Source: Eledone cirrhosa (Eukaryota). From it: a stretch of 64,000 nt of DNA. A program made the translations under genes and the position numbers. The stretch is from assembly GCA_964016885.1 (NCBI GenBank), contig OZ024740.1, positions 166,656,001 through 166,720,000 on the forward strand, read 5' to 3'. This document shows, piece by piece, positions 29,376 through 42,800 of the stretch (its first letter is position 1; every line of letters starts with the position of its first letter). Below the pieces are notes generated by a model, which worked only from the letters and a program-made list of their open reading frames with translations, was not told the DNA's origin and did not search any database.

Positions 29376-30819
29376 TTGTTATTAATGGTGCAATTATAAT
29401 CCTCATCATCGTTATCATCATCCACACCACCACCCTCAAAACCACCACTTTCAACACTACCATCATAAACACAACCAATATCAGCAACAACACCATCACC
29501 ATTATCGCCATTGCCGCTTCAACTTTTTATTGTTCTGCGAAAGCTGATGTGTTAATACTGTGGGCTCTCGACCCGGAATTCCAATATCCTTCCATATACT
29601 TGATATTAAACCTGAATTTTATTTCTTTATTCATGTATTTCTTCTTCATCCATTTTTCTTATTTTCGTTTAATTTTATTGATAGCGATGAAAACATCCGA
29701 GTTGAGAGGTGAATGAGGCAAAGCAATAATTCTGATATCATTCTCTGTTTGTTATTAAGATATTTATTTTTTCAAGATCATCCGAAAAGAGTGAACAATA
29801 ACCGAATTCTCGTGTGGAAATAAGGTTGTTTATTCATCTTTTAAAATCCCATCCAATGTGGCTTCTAATAATGGTACTGTTTTTCAAACAACAACTGCCA
29901 ATAACCTTACCAACACCATCAGGAGTATAACCAACACCATCATCATCATCATCATTATCCTCAAACATATATACCTCCACAAGCATACGGACGAATACAC
30001 AAACATATATATATATATATATATATATATACACCGCGCGCACACACACACACACACACATACACACACACACACATACACATATATATATATATATAAA
30101 GATAGTTGGTAGATAGATATTTTTATATTTTTATGTATGTGTGTGCGTGCGTGTGTGCGTTTTTTGTATTAAAGTGACACGTGTGTATAAGTATAATCTT
30201 TTTTAAAGGATTTCATATTTTATATTTAGTTTGGAAATATAGAATTCACAAACTCCTAAATTTGCACTTCAAGACCTTTTCAGTATCATCATCAGAATTA
30301 GTACTGTCATGTTAATGGTGCATATTTTAATAGTTTAGAAATGACAATGTGAATACAATCATAACTAAAGAAATTGTTCCCATCGTAACTGAAATTGTTG
30401 AATTGTTTACTTATATTAGGTTTCATGGTTTCTTTCAACTATGATGTATCTGTGTACCAATTCCACATATATTTTAATAGTATATTAGTAAAACATTCAT
30501 TGTTAATCTAACTTTTTCTGGAATTTTATATACAATGGTAATACTGCCGTATAATATTTTTCTACGTAATTTTTTTTGTGAGTTGAATCTTAATGTAGTG
30601 TAATGCATTTCGATTGTAAATGCACAACGAACCAGCGAGAAATACTTGCAAGTCAACTGTAACAGTTAAGGTCATAGCATTTAGAATTTTCATGAAGGTT
30701 ACATTTGTTAATGAGAGTAAGTTCTGTGGTTTGTAATTCAGTAATTTCATATTGATAACGTTCTTCATTCTGATGCTTCTAAATAGGAGAACGTACATGT
30801 ATGTGAGAGGGGAGGAGAG

Positions 30820-33260
30820 AGAAAGGGGAGAGAGATATTGTATGTGAAATGTAACATGCCTGGTTGTTCATAATGTTCGGCACAAGTATGAAAATACACT
30901 CTTGACAGTTGCAATGCGTCCAGACACGGAAGAGCCGAACTCCCACCGTCATAGCCCTCATTTCTCCCGCTCTCCCCGTCTCTCTGTATAGAGAGCAAAT
31001 GGGGTTCCACATGCTGGCCGCCCCACAGACCCGGCGGACAGAATGGAGAAGGCGTTTCCCCAGTGGAAGATAAAAGAGATGCGCTGGAAGAGCTATTCCA
31101 TCTCGTGAGGCTCACACCTGCAGCTGGCCAGCTCAGCGCCTATGCGGGTTAGTAGGGAGTTAGCTTCTATGGACAAGGACACCAGAAGCCTCCACTGCTA
31201 AGGGCACGGCGCAATCTTGTCGGAGAGTGAGCGGTACTTGGAGGTAAGGTGGCCTGTTGCCATCCAATTTCGTCTAACCTGACGTTGCATATCTCCTCAC
31301 CTGCCGCTCGGATACAAGTGTTGAGGTCAGTGAAGAGAGATGCGTGGCTGTAGGACGGAGCGCTGCGAAGGGTGTAGAGGTGCTTCGGCATGGCGAAACA
31401 GTTCCTGAACGGGAAGAGAGCTGGGTGGCCGTCAATCATGCCGAGTCGGCTCGTGAGGGTCTTGAGTTGCTGGAGTCTGGACCTGATGATGGAGCGGATG
31501 GCCGGCGGGTGGATCGGTGACCCGAGCATAAGAACATCCTATTTGGGGGTTCACCTGCACCTGGAGGAAGATGGAGGGCATGTCTGAGACGGAGGCTGCA
31601 AAACTCTCGGCATCGTGGTTGACATTCCCACCTGCGACTTGGAAGACTTGACCTGGAGACCGATTCCCAACAGGGCAGGAACCACCGTTTGTAGGTCATC
31701 GCAGACAGTCTATATGGGATAGCTCAACGTACCATCATCCAGGTACCAAACGTAGAGGGGCCGTGATATTCCGGGAAATGTTGTCTATACCAAGAGCAAA
31801 CAGGAGAAGACACAAAGGGTCAGCCTGTTGGACCCCAGTGGCTGAAGGATGGCCGTATCAGCAGCAAGGAGCATGCTCGGGGCTCCACCTCCACACGACT
31901 GGAAGGCCAGCCGGTAGGCAGAGGGCGCTCGGCTAATGTAGGCATCGAGCAGATGGTCCCGGCGTATGCAGTTGAAGGCTTTCCTCATGTCAAGCTTGAC
32001 ATTGAGGTGCCTGCAATCCCTAGTTGCCGGTTCCGGTGCACCGGACTGAGCTCCTCACTCAGTGGAGGGGCGATGGTCCTGCAGACAATCTTAGCAGCGA
32101 GCCTTCGGAAGACATTGCCCACAGCAATGGGGCGTATGCCACCCTCTTTCTTCCTGAGAGCGGTCAGGCTAGCCGAAAAAAGAGGCATCGGAAGTGGGGG
32201 TGCAGGGCGCCATGGATGAGCATATTGGTGAGTGCCACAATTGCACTCAGAAGGCGGCGCCTGGCCTCAGCGGAGAGGGGAGATAACATGTCCTCCAGGT
32301 AGCCAGGTCGGAGATCATCAGCAGCTCATTTGCTGCAAGCTCGGAAGGACTTGATGGCAGACATTATATCTGCGTCGGAAGCTACAAGACGCAACTGAGA
32401 ATAACGTGGTCACGTAAACGTTTGGCGCTGGCCTCAGGGGTGGAGTATTGAAGACACCCATGGGATCAGCGCCTGCGCAAAGGTCGAAACATTGGCCTTA
32501 ACAGAGGCTGCTGTCAAGAAGCCGACCCCGTCATTACCAGAGTTGGGGAGGCCGAGAGCGAGTGGAGCAAAATGAAATAGGCACTCCCAGTCACTGGCTC
32601 GATTAGAGTTAAGGGTCCTCTCAATTGAGGAAGTGAGGGCATCGGCTACCGGCACCCGGCTTGCTCTGGACATCTTGACAGGGATCTTCCAGAGCCGCCT
32701 GAGCCGAGCGATGTTGACCAGCTAAGCTTGAGCATCAGTCAAGCTGGCTGTCTGCTTTATTGGTGTGCCAGACAGCCGCGGCTGAGCAGACGAGGCAATT
32801 AACAGTTGCTGCATCTCCACACTGCAGGGGTACCGAAGGCTCACACGCCAAGCCAACACAAGTGAGGTGGTGGAAAAAGTCGCACTCTGAACAGTTCTGG
32901 CACCCCTTCCGCCTGTTTGTGGTGCAGGTGACGACTGGTGGGGATGGAGGATGGTGTGTGAAGCCGGGGACTGGGGCACCAAGCGGCATCAAGGAGAGTG
33001 GCAGGTTGTCATTGGCCTGGGTGCTAGGCTCCCCATATGTGGGTGGAAGGGAAAGTGCTGATATGAGTGAGGCCTCATAGCTCACCTAAACCTAATCCGG
33101 AGGCAACAGAAGAAAAGACGGAGAAAAGTGGGTGGGGCATGGAGGGGGACATACGAGAAAGTAAAAAAATAAATAAATAAATGAATAAATGAACAAATAG
33201 GTGGACAAGCAAAACCGGGGGTTGTTCCCAGCGAAAAGACCCAGAGATCTACACGCACAC
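30820..33260 (-). mobile_element. Degenerate CRE-clade-like non-LTR retrotransposon
   Basis: GC-rich island; LFSASLTALRKKEGGIRPIAVGNVFRRLAAK, KAFNCIRRDHLL, WYLDDG (31732-31749), LGSPI, CFAMPKHLYTLRSAP, WQQATLP; multiple frameshifts. Confidence 0.8.
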
Positions 33261-34150
33261 ACGCGAGCATGTTAACAGTTTCTCATAGAACCAAGTGGCT
33301 AAAGATGAGTTTATCAATCCTGAAAATATGTGTTGATGTTTCAGGTGTTGTTCTTATTGTCACTGTTGCTGATGTTGGCTTCCTCTTCTTAATTGTAGTG
33401 GTGATGATTGCTGGTATGATGTTGGTGTATAAACATATGTGTTTTTGTTGCTGGTGTTGTTGTTATTGTTACTGCTGCTGTCGTTGCCTTCCTCTTGTTA
33501 ATGGTAGTTGACACTGCAACCTATTTCGGCTGCCAGGCTGGCTGCTGAAGCTCCAATGCCTTCTTTGACCGAAGATGCGGCGTCATTGGCTATCGCCATT
33601 TAGGTGTTTGGTGGATTTTTAACACATTTTGTGGATGTTATTTTGGTAATGGACTGTAGCGTTATTTACTCTCATTGTGAACATTATTGAAGTTAATGAA
33701 CTAACGTTACATATATGTAATAGTTTAGTATGATCACTTTGAAAAGAGTGAGAAGAATGAATGTTAGTGATACAAGATGTTTACAATTACAGAATGTTTA
33801 CATTACTGGTCCTGAATTCTATCAAGTGGTCAAAACTTCTAATTCAGTGAAATAAAATTGACTTGTGTGAATCATGAAGTGAATTCCTATATACTATTTG
33901 AATAAAAGTGTTTGATTCCCTCCAAAGTTCTCTATAATATAACTGAGTATCTATATTGATGTATATGAGAACTAACTGAAGATTATCATAAACAATATGT
34001 AACTTATTATTTGTTTGGTATATTGTCTCTAACATCCAAGTAATTTTTCTCGCTCCATGTACTTGGCCTCCAATTGCCAGGGCTACTTATTGAATTCTGG
34101 ACCTTTGTGCCGATTTTGCAGTTTTAAAGTTTATTCTTATCTTATTATCT

Positions 34151-34342
34151 AGGCTGGTGGATTGGCAGTATCGGTAGAGGGTCGGACGTCATGCTTTCCA
34201 GCATAGTTACGTCCCTTTACGATCTGAATTCAAATCCCGCCGAGGTTGACTTTACCTTTCATCCTTACGGGGTCGATAAAATAAAGTGCCAGTAATGCAC
34301 TGGGTAATTGCTGGCCTTGTGCCTAAAGTAGAAACAATTATT
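34151..34342 (+). mobile_element. tRNA-derived SINE, full length (best reference copy)
   Basis: TGGCAGTATCGG A-box, GAATTCAAATCC B-box, core and AGTAGAAACAATTATTA tail. Confidence 0.92.
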
Positions 34343-35884
34343 ATCTTAATCCAAAATTGATTCCCAACTTCGTTTATCTTGATTATTCAACATACGAACG
34401 ATGTCCCAATTCGGAAATTTAATGTATTTTATTAGAAAGAGGGAAATAGAACCTATTATCTGATGCACTTGTCTAATGTTTCTCAAAGTGAACTTAAATG
34501 CCCTTTAGTATATGACATTAAATCCAAATGAAGTCATTTACTGATATACGTCCGAATGTCATTAAAGAAATTCTTGTACACAATGGATGCATTTGGTAGT
34601 GGCATTCGTAAGTGATATAAGATTCAGGCAACATTTGCACACGCTTTTCACTTCTGAGGACTCCAATAAAAACATGTCTCTTTCCTGGGTTTTTTCCACA
34701 CTTAGTGCATAGTTGATCACACGTACAATCGATGAGATAGTCATATTAGATTCATAAACATAATTTGAGCCACAGTAAACAGATGCTTGATATCATTACC
34801 TTGCTTTGTAAATGTGTCTATTCGTTAATGACAATGCTATATCCAGTTCTCTTGAAGGGGAACTATACAATTTCTATTTTCCTTAAGAATTTGTCATTTC
34901 CTTTCTGAGTTGTTTCAGGTGTCTATAAGATGGTTGGGGGTCGGTCATGGTTGATGGATTTAAAGAAAAGGGAAATTCTTTAAAAGCTAATTCTTTGAAG
35001 CTCTACTTAGAGTGATAAAGGCCAAGAGAATTCTATAAACCAGTTCAAAATATCGGTTTCCTATCATTATTGTTATGTTTCTCTTAAGCTATATTCCAGG
35101 GGTCAACAGACACATTCACATACACACACACACACACACACCATATAACGAGATAATACATTGCCAACAGAGAAAATATATTCATCTACCACTGAGACTG
35201 CATTTGTATATATATAGAATTATCCACCAGATGCATTTTGATGTAACGATTAAGCTCGGAAGTTTGGCATACGTTAGATGCGTGGTTCTACTTACCCAAA
35301 TATTCCCGTCCATTTTTTTTTCATCTCCAGGTGTATTTTACCCGACTTATTTAACTATCATACTGGGGAACACAACTTACGGGGAATTATATATTAGACC
35401 TTTTCTATGGGTATAATGAGACCGCTGATTAAAAAAAATGACATTAATTGTTCACCATCTCAATTAAGTAAAATATATTACATATCTCTGAACATTTATA
35501 TATAATGCATATAACTGCGCACTGGCAGTCCCTCATTTTGCCAATTAAATAAAAAGAGAATGATAAATGTCAGCAAAATATTTTTCCTCAGTGGCCATTA
35601 TGTTTTCACCTACTGATAAAAAGCACAGATAAATCCGTTTCATAGCAATCCTATTGAGAAGAAAAGGAGGAAATTCTCATCTTCGTCGTGATATAATGTG
35701 ATTTGGGTTGTAGGTAAATGTTTTTATCCCGGGCTGGTAGTTAATAATTCGGGTTAGGTTTTTTGAAAGGCTCAAATCCCGTGTGAGGTCGTTCAATTCT
35801 TGTTAAATAAAACTATGATTTCTTTGTCTAAAGCTGCTTCATATATGGGCAAAATAACAGTAATTTCTTAGAGCTGTCCTCAGT

Positions 35885-36040
35885 TGTAGCTGGGCAGATG
35901 TTGTGAACATGTACATCATGTACGTCATATTTTACCACCTGGCTGAGTTCACCGAGAAGATTGCCCCGCTGCCTTTCTTTAGCCGGTAGGAAAGGCAGTT
36001 TTCATCTGCCTCGTGGCCATGGGGAAAGATGCCGTATGAG
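35885..36040 (+). mobile_element. Highly degenerate Tx1-family fragment
   Basis: ADVVNMYIMYVIFYHL resembles AEVANTYIASVIYYRM of the 60652..61791 ORF. Confidence 0.45.
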
Positions 36041-36165
36041 GTGAGCTTTACCTTTTATCTTTACGGGGTCGATAAAATAATGTACCAGTAATGCACTGGA
36101 ATCGAGTTAATCGACTTTCCCCTTCCCTCAAATGTCTCGCCTTGCGCCTAACTCAGAAACCATTA
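36040..36165 (+). mobile_element. SINE 3' half
   Basis: Core TTTACGGGGTCGATAAAATAATGTACCAG and tail. Confidence 0.85.
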
Positions 36166-37074
36166 ATATTATTATCATGATCCCATTCATCGCCAACACT
36201 GCCCTTATTTTCATCATTTCTTTAGTACTTTATTCTTATTGTTGGTGGTGGTGCTAGTAACGATGATATTTAAGGCATGTTATTATCATCATCGCCATCA
36301 TCTTCATATTTATCATCATCATCAACAACAACACCATATTCAAGCTTAATTTCAAGTCCATATATCTAGCAATGTGAACCTACATACATTCAGTTTGATT
36401 TCCATGCACGAATGGTCTAATAAAAATGCTTTCTTATTGATGTTTATATTTTTACGAAACAGTCATGCGTAAAATGTATAATTTAATAATCCATTCAAAA
36501 TACCAATGAATGCGGAAAGTGATGAAATTAAAGTATAACAAAACTCACTGAAAACGCATGAAAATTAGAGAAATAGAAAAAGAGAGACATGGTGTTAGTA
36601 TGGATAATTAGAATGTGCGATACAGACACAATTGTAGAAGATATATAAAAAAGAAAAATGATATAGGGACAGGTGAGTGAATAATGACAGTGATTACATA
36701 CAATAGAAGCAGCATATATAATTTTAAAAATAACGGAAGGAAGCGTTATGAAAATAATTCTTCAGGGACTGACAAAAGAAAAAAAAATGGAGGAATGCTG
36801 TGGTATAATATAAATGACGTTATTCAACTCCATTTCCTGTTCTATAGAGGGGAAAATGACAAGCTGGTTAGCCAGTGAGCTGCTGAGTTGATGACTAAAT
36901 ATTGACAGACTTACAATAGCATATTCACTGTATGTATATATATGTGTGAATATTTACGTGTGGATATTTATGTACAAGTTTGTGAATATGTATGATTTAA
37001 ATGTGATAAAACGTACGTTCATATATATAGATGATTTTTTTAGCCATGGGTGTTCGTGTGCCTGTGAATGTGCA

Positions 37075-37111
<37 letters not shown>

Positions 37112-37519
37112 TTCTTTCTCTTTCTCTATATCTATCTATATAGCCATCCATATCTTTCTCACTCCCTCAAAAAAAAAATATATATATATATTTATATAAT
37201 CAGATTTCAAAATATGTATGGTAACAGTAGAAAAGTTAAGCCATTTAAAAGTTAAACTTATTGTAGTCACATATCGGGGCTTGATTTGCTCAATATGATT
37301 TATAAGAGTCAATGACGTCATATCATTGGACACTTATAAAGCCGCTGATTTGGTTTTTGTAGTCGGTGTTGTAGCTGTTTCTACTTGCTATTCCTGTTCT
37401 TATTAATTACTTGCACATCAGACCTGATTTAGCAAACATTAAATGAAATGCATGCCAATTGTGATTATCAAGGGTTGTTTCCAAATGTAATATGTAAGAA
37501 ATATTATTAAAAAATATAA

Positions 37520-37738
37520 GGGCAGTCGATTGGCAGTCCTGCAGAAAATCGAACAATATGCTTTACGGCATATAGTTACGGCCCTTTACGTTCTAGGTTT
37601 ACATCCCGACAAGGTTAGCTTTGCCTTTCTTCCTTACGGGATCGATAAAATAAACTACCTGTAATATACTGGAATCGATTTAATCTACTTTTCCCTCCCC
37701 CAAAATCGTTGGCCTAGTGCCTAAATCAGAAATCATTA
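37520..37738 (+). mobile_element. tRNA-derived SINE (long-tail variant)
   Basis: Head, core and extra GGAATCGATTTAATC segment. Confidence 0.85.
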
Positions 37739-37944
37739 TACTCTTGCAGATCAGTCCAGATTCAGTAGACATAAAATCAAATGAATTCTAATGGCGATTA
37801 TCAAGTGTGGTTTCCAATATTATTAACCAATATATATTTCCATTTGAAAAAGTTGTATTTTGAGAGCAATGTGCCGGCTTTTTAGTTATGTCCATTGAGT
37901 GCGTCGTCAGTTTGCTCCGCTAGTGGTTTTATGTTAATGTACCA

Positions 37945-38095
37945 TAGTCTGAATAATAAGCTGGATCCGATCTAGCTGACGAAACAGCCGGAGCGCAGCC
38001 GTCGGGGACCTGATGATTTTGCTATTAACCAATCTACTACCCTAAGTACTTTGTTGCGTTATGATCCATCTGGTATCTTACAACACCTTCTTTGA
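37945..38095 (+). mobile_element. Diverged copy of the 7986/58808 family, without the inverted duplication
   Basis: CGAAAC..GAGC.CAGCCGTCGGGG..CTACTACCCTAAGTA..TGCGTTATG.TCCATCTGGT then (TA)n. Confidence 0.7.
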
Positions 38096-38306
38096 TATAT
38101 ATATATATGTATTCATACATTTCAATTTACAGGGAAAATCGTATTTTCTGGAATGCTTGAATGTCGATACGCTGATAATATATATATATATATATATTCA
38201 TATATATTGATGCAGTCTCGTTGACATACATTCTATGTATGCAGATAGAGCTTCATTGTACACTTGATGTGCTAGTGCAATTCTTACTATATATCATGCG
38301 CTTGCC

Positions 38307-38427
38307 ATTCTGAGTTCAAATCCCGCCGAGGTCAACTTTGCCTTTCATCCTTACAGGGTCGATAAAATAAAGTACCAGTAATGTACTGTTATTTGCTGGC
38401 CTTGTGCCAAAAGTAGAAACAATTATT
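38307..38427 (+). mobile_element. SINE, 5'-truncated
   Basis: B-box through tail. Confidence 0.9.
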
Positions 38428-38739
38428 AACTACCAACAGTAGCAGTAATTATATGCAGATTAGTACGTCCATTTTAGAATAAAACTAAGAGAAAAGCCTA
38501 TCAAAAACATGTTTACTTTGATATGCTTGAATGGTTTACATGCTCAATTTGACTCGAAACTCAATTTATGTTGTTCATGTATTTTTTTTCAATTTACAGG
38601 GAATCTGTAGTTTTCTGACAGGGTTACATGCCTACATATTAAATATGTGTATATTTATATACACATTGCTGCAGTCTCCGTTACGGTCTCTATAATTATA
38701 TAGATATAACTCTACCAATCACTTCGACTGCTAAAACAC

Positions 38740-38776
<37 letters not shown>

Positions 38777-38905
38777 TATATATATAAATGTATGTATGTA
38801 TGTGTGTGTGTGTGTGTGTTCGTGAGTAGATGGGTTTGTGTGTGGATAGATAGATGCATAAGTATACCTGAATAAATATTTATGTATATCTATCCATCTA
38901 TCTAT

Positions 38906-41035
38906 CCATAACTCTGCTAAACAAAGAGTTACAGATTATTGGCCAAGGTGTTGGCAAAGCGGCTGGCGCTTGTCGTCGAGAACCTGGTGGGAGAAGCGCA
39001 GACATGCGCAATCCCGACCAGGTTCATACACGACAACCTCCACCTCATGCGATACATCATAGAGAGGGTAGGGTGTAAACCCGGCTTCGGTGGGGCCCTG
39101 ATCAACTTGGATCAGTCTAAGGCTTTCGATAGGGTTGACCATCGTTACCTGGATGCGGTGCTCGAGGCGGCAGGCTTCGGACCCGTGTTCAGGGTCTGGA
39201 TTGCTGCAATGCATAACAGCAACATCTGCTCAAGGGTTAAGGTGAACGGCTACCTCTCGGAGCCGTTTCATATCACGCGATCCATTCGACAGGGATTCCC
39301 CCTCTCCTCCCTTCTGTACGTATTGACTCTCGAGCTACTACTGCGGAAGTTGGAGCTATTGCAGGGCATCCCTCTGGAACCGGGACTGCGGAAAGAGACG
39401 TGACAGTAATGGTGTCGATAATTACGTGACAGTAATGGTGTCGAGCGCCTCGTAAATCGAGGAAGTCGGTACTTTACTGAAGGAATACGAAAGGTTCACA
39501 GGAGCGAAGCTGAACCGAGACAAGTCCATCGGTTTGCAACTCGGATCGTGGAGAAGCAGACCGATGCCTTCCCGTGGCGTCGTCGGACGCTGGACGGAAG
39601 GACCAGTAAAGCTGCTCAGGCTCTGGTTTGGTCCGGACCTCCAGGTGGAGAAGAACTGGAATGAGGTGTCGGCCAAGGTGTTTGCACTCACCCAGAAGTG
39701 GGCCGAGTGCAAACTATCCTTGAAAGGTCGAGCGGAGGTGGCGAACACTTTTATAGTGTCCGCCATCTACTACCGCTTGACCGTCGTGCCCTCTCCAGCC
39801 AAATCGCTCGCCAAAATGGAGCGCGCGCTCTTCCAATTCCTTTGGAAGAGGCGGGCTCCTTTGGTGAGAAGAGCCATCTGCTGCCAACGCCCTTCCAACG
39901 GAGGGCTGGGGATGGCGTGGCTGACGATGCGCAAACACGCGCTCAGGCTGCGGCATCTCTACGTATTCCTCACCGAACAACCGGTGTGGGCCCCGTTCGT
40001 GAGGCGAGCCTTCCCACGACTAGTTTCGCTGACCGAGCTGCAGTCCTGGGTCAAGCAAAGACCGAGGAAAATGGGCGACTGGCACATCGAATGTGCTCAG
40101 GCGCTCACAGCCCTCTGGCAGGCGAATCCCGGCGATCAGTGGAGACTCCACTTCGTCATTCTATAGAGGGTTGATCCTCAGCAAGTGCGACGACGTGCTC
40201 GGTAAAACTCTAGGCGTAGAGGAAGACGAACTTGCCAGTCTGTTCGGTAGGACCTTCCGCTCGGGACCGATGGACAACTTCCAAAAGTTACTGGCTTGGC
40301 AGTACTACCGAGGAGCTCTACCAGTTCGAGCCAAGCTCTACAGACTTGGGCGCCCGGGCAGGGACCCTGCAAAAAAGATCTGTCCGAGGTGCGTGCGAGA
40401 CGAAGAAACCGTCGCGCACGCATTCATACACTGCCCGGGCGTCACCGACCTGTGGGGCTATGTAGAATGACTATTGTCGCGGGTGGGACCAATCCGGTTG
40501 ACCACCGAGTCCAATGTCATGATCAAACCGCCACCCTCCTTCAAAAACGAAGGAGAGGCGGTTTTCCTTTGTGTGATAGCTATGGCAAAAGAGGTTGTAT
40601 GGTGGACAAGGTTGAAAGGGCTGAGGTCAGACACCTTTCTCTCCGGCCAACAACCGATTCTTTTTTTCAAATACCATTTTGGAAGAAGAATCAGAGAAGA
40701 GAGAGAGGTGCTGTACCCCAGCAAGTTTTATGAAAGGTGGGTGAAAGTGGCGAGAATGGCCCGAGTGAATGGGCCTTCTCTCTATATCAGCTTGTAGGTT
40801 GAGGAAAAAGAGGAGGAGAGGAAAGGAGCATACACACTTCGTACTCCTGAATATGAGGGTTGCACATTTTTTTCGGGGGTATGTGTTACCCATATGAAAT
40901 GTCTCCCCCTATTAGGGAAAATCGACTAATTTTTAAATTACATTTGTGATAATATTTTACACGTTTTTATTGTATGTAAACTTCCCCCTTTGTATTTTTC
41001 CCCTTCTTTTGTGCCCCTGTGGATAATAAGGCACA
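38906..41035 (+). mobile_element. 5'-truncated Tx1/L1-group LINE (RT plus C-terminal zinc finger), disrupted
   Basis: ORFs 38939..39403 (LDQSKAFDRVDH, SIRQGFPLS), 39534..40166, 40093..40470 (CPRC..ET..H...C) and 40474..40797; YADD motif deleted. Confidence 0.93.
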
Positions 41036-41494
41036 TCTCTCTCTCTGTTAATATATATATATATATATGTGTGTGTGTGTTATGTTTGTGTGTGTGTGTG
41101 TGGTATGCGTGCACGTGTGCGTGTATGCATACGTATATACATTGCAAAGCACGTGCCTCTACGGTTTGTCTATTGGATTCGCGATCGTCAGTTTGCAAAT
41201 TCGATTCCCGCACCATGCAATATGCCTTCAATACAGTAGTAGAGTGTAAATATCAAGTTATTTTGTGCATTTCAAATTACAACTGGTGTGTCAAGATAAA
41301 ACATGGGCTACTCGTTTTATATATAAAACCTTGTACGGGTCATGCATGGCGATTGACCAACGAAAAGAGGAGGTGTCTGAAATTTGGTGCACCAATGATA
41401 TGGCTATAACAGCGAACCCACAGTGGGGACTGTTAATTTTATCTGATTAATTCAACGGCCTGAATGGGAATAATCGAAGTAAATAAACATATTT

Positions 41495-42800
41495 CTACAT
41501 AGACTCAGCCAGACAATTTGTTGTAAATTTAGATACATGTCCTATCATTTGGGCAGCTTCCAAAACTGCTTCAAGAATATAATGAAGCAGCTTCAGATAG
41601 CTATAAAAGATAGCTTCCTCTCGGTTCATGTCTGCTGCCAGTTGAAGCATCGAGAACATGTCTGACAGGTCCATGTACATTTCATATTGCAGACCACCCA
41701 AACTGAAAGAATGTTGCGTCTCATATAGCTGGCAAGGGCTTCCAATGACTCGGCTGCTTTTTGCAGATCTCTACATTAGCCATCGACGGGAAATCTAGGC
41801 CGCTACCTTCTCCGAATCCTCACTCGTCTCGTCCAGGGGCGCAAAACTGCTGTCGACATCCCCAGCTATCTGCTTAGAATCGAGCAGCATATGCCCGTCT
41901 CCTTCCGCCAGAGACCGAATTGTTGCCACGCCGCGCCTCTGAAACTCGGGCCCATCGAAGAGCTTTCGTGTTCTCGCATCTCAGAGTGCGATACTTAGCT
42001 CTGTCGCTGTAACTTACATTTTCATCACATTAATGAATTGGTCACGAAAAGGTTTCACTGCTAGCACATCCCTTGCAATATCACTCCAAACCGCCTCTTC
42101 CTATTTAGTTACTTACTACTCAGTTCTGTTTGTTCCTATCGCTACCTATTTCCTAAATGATAGTGATTCTACTATAATCGCGCTCTTTGTAGCACCCCGC
42201 CACCTGTTCCTGGAGACTACCACAGTCAAGTAGTGCTTGACTAATATGCTAATCGTGTCGCTGTAGGCTTTACGCACCGGAACAATGCGTTAAGCTTCCA
42301 GTAACTGGCTGTCTTTCACAATACTGATCACGAATTTGTTGTCTGGATCGGTGGCTGGTCAATTTATCTTGTACTCATTAGCTAACCTAATCAATCGAAA
42401 TATGATATCAGTGCAATTGGTCCAAGTCCACCCTGGCGCATTCGGGAAATCTAGTCACGACCTGACAACAATTTAAAACAGGCTTATCAGATTCTTGAGG
42501 TTTTGCACCCTCTTGTTCTATTCACTATTCCAACATCGTCCCATCACGCATCTAAGATGCAATTCCAGTTCCCCACTAGCATAAAAGGCTTCAATTCGCT
42601 TGAGGATGTCCGGGCCTTCTTCCCCTATAACTTCCCTATTGCTCACTTCAAGGACCACCAACTTAACATCCGTATCCAAGAAGATCGTCTGTACCTTGAG
42701 ATCCAGATCTTTCGTAAACAACACTGCCGATCCACCTCCAAAACCAGGCCAACAAAAGATATGAAACCTTAAAGTCGTCAAATATTTGATCTAAGAGTGC
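41495..42800 (-). mobile_element. Older degenerate Tx1-like ORF2 N-terminal part (APE endonuclease to RT start)
   Basis: GGGSAVLFTKDLDLKVQTIFLDTDVKLVVLEV is APE-like; GLQYEMYMDLSDMF is RT N-terminus-like. Confidence 0.6.

Noticed and set aside
33668-33750. Pre-miRNA-like hairpin
   Set aside because: Weak AT-rich pairing with many mismatches; no recognised mature sequence
34151-34240. tRNA gene
   Set aside because: A/B boxes belong to a SINE head; no cloverleaf and a SINE body follows
38010-38016. CTGATGA as a hammerhead core
   Set aside because: No downstream stem II or GAAA; corresponds to a variable position of the repeat family
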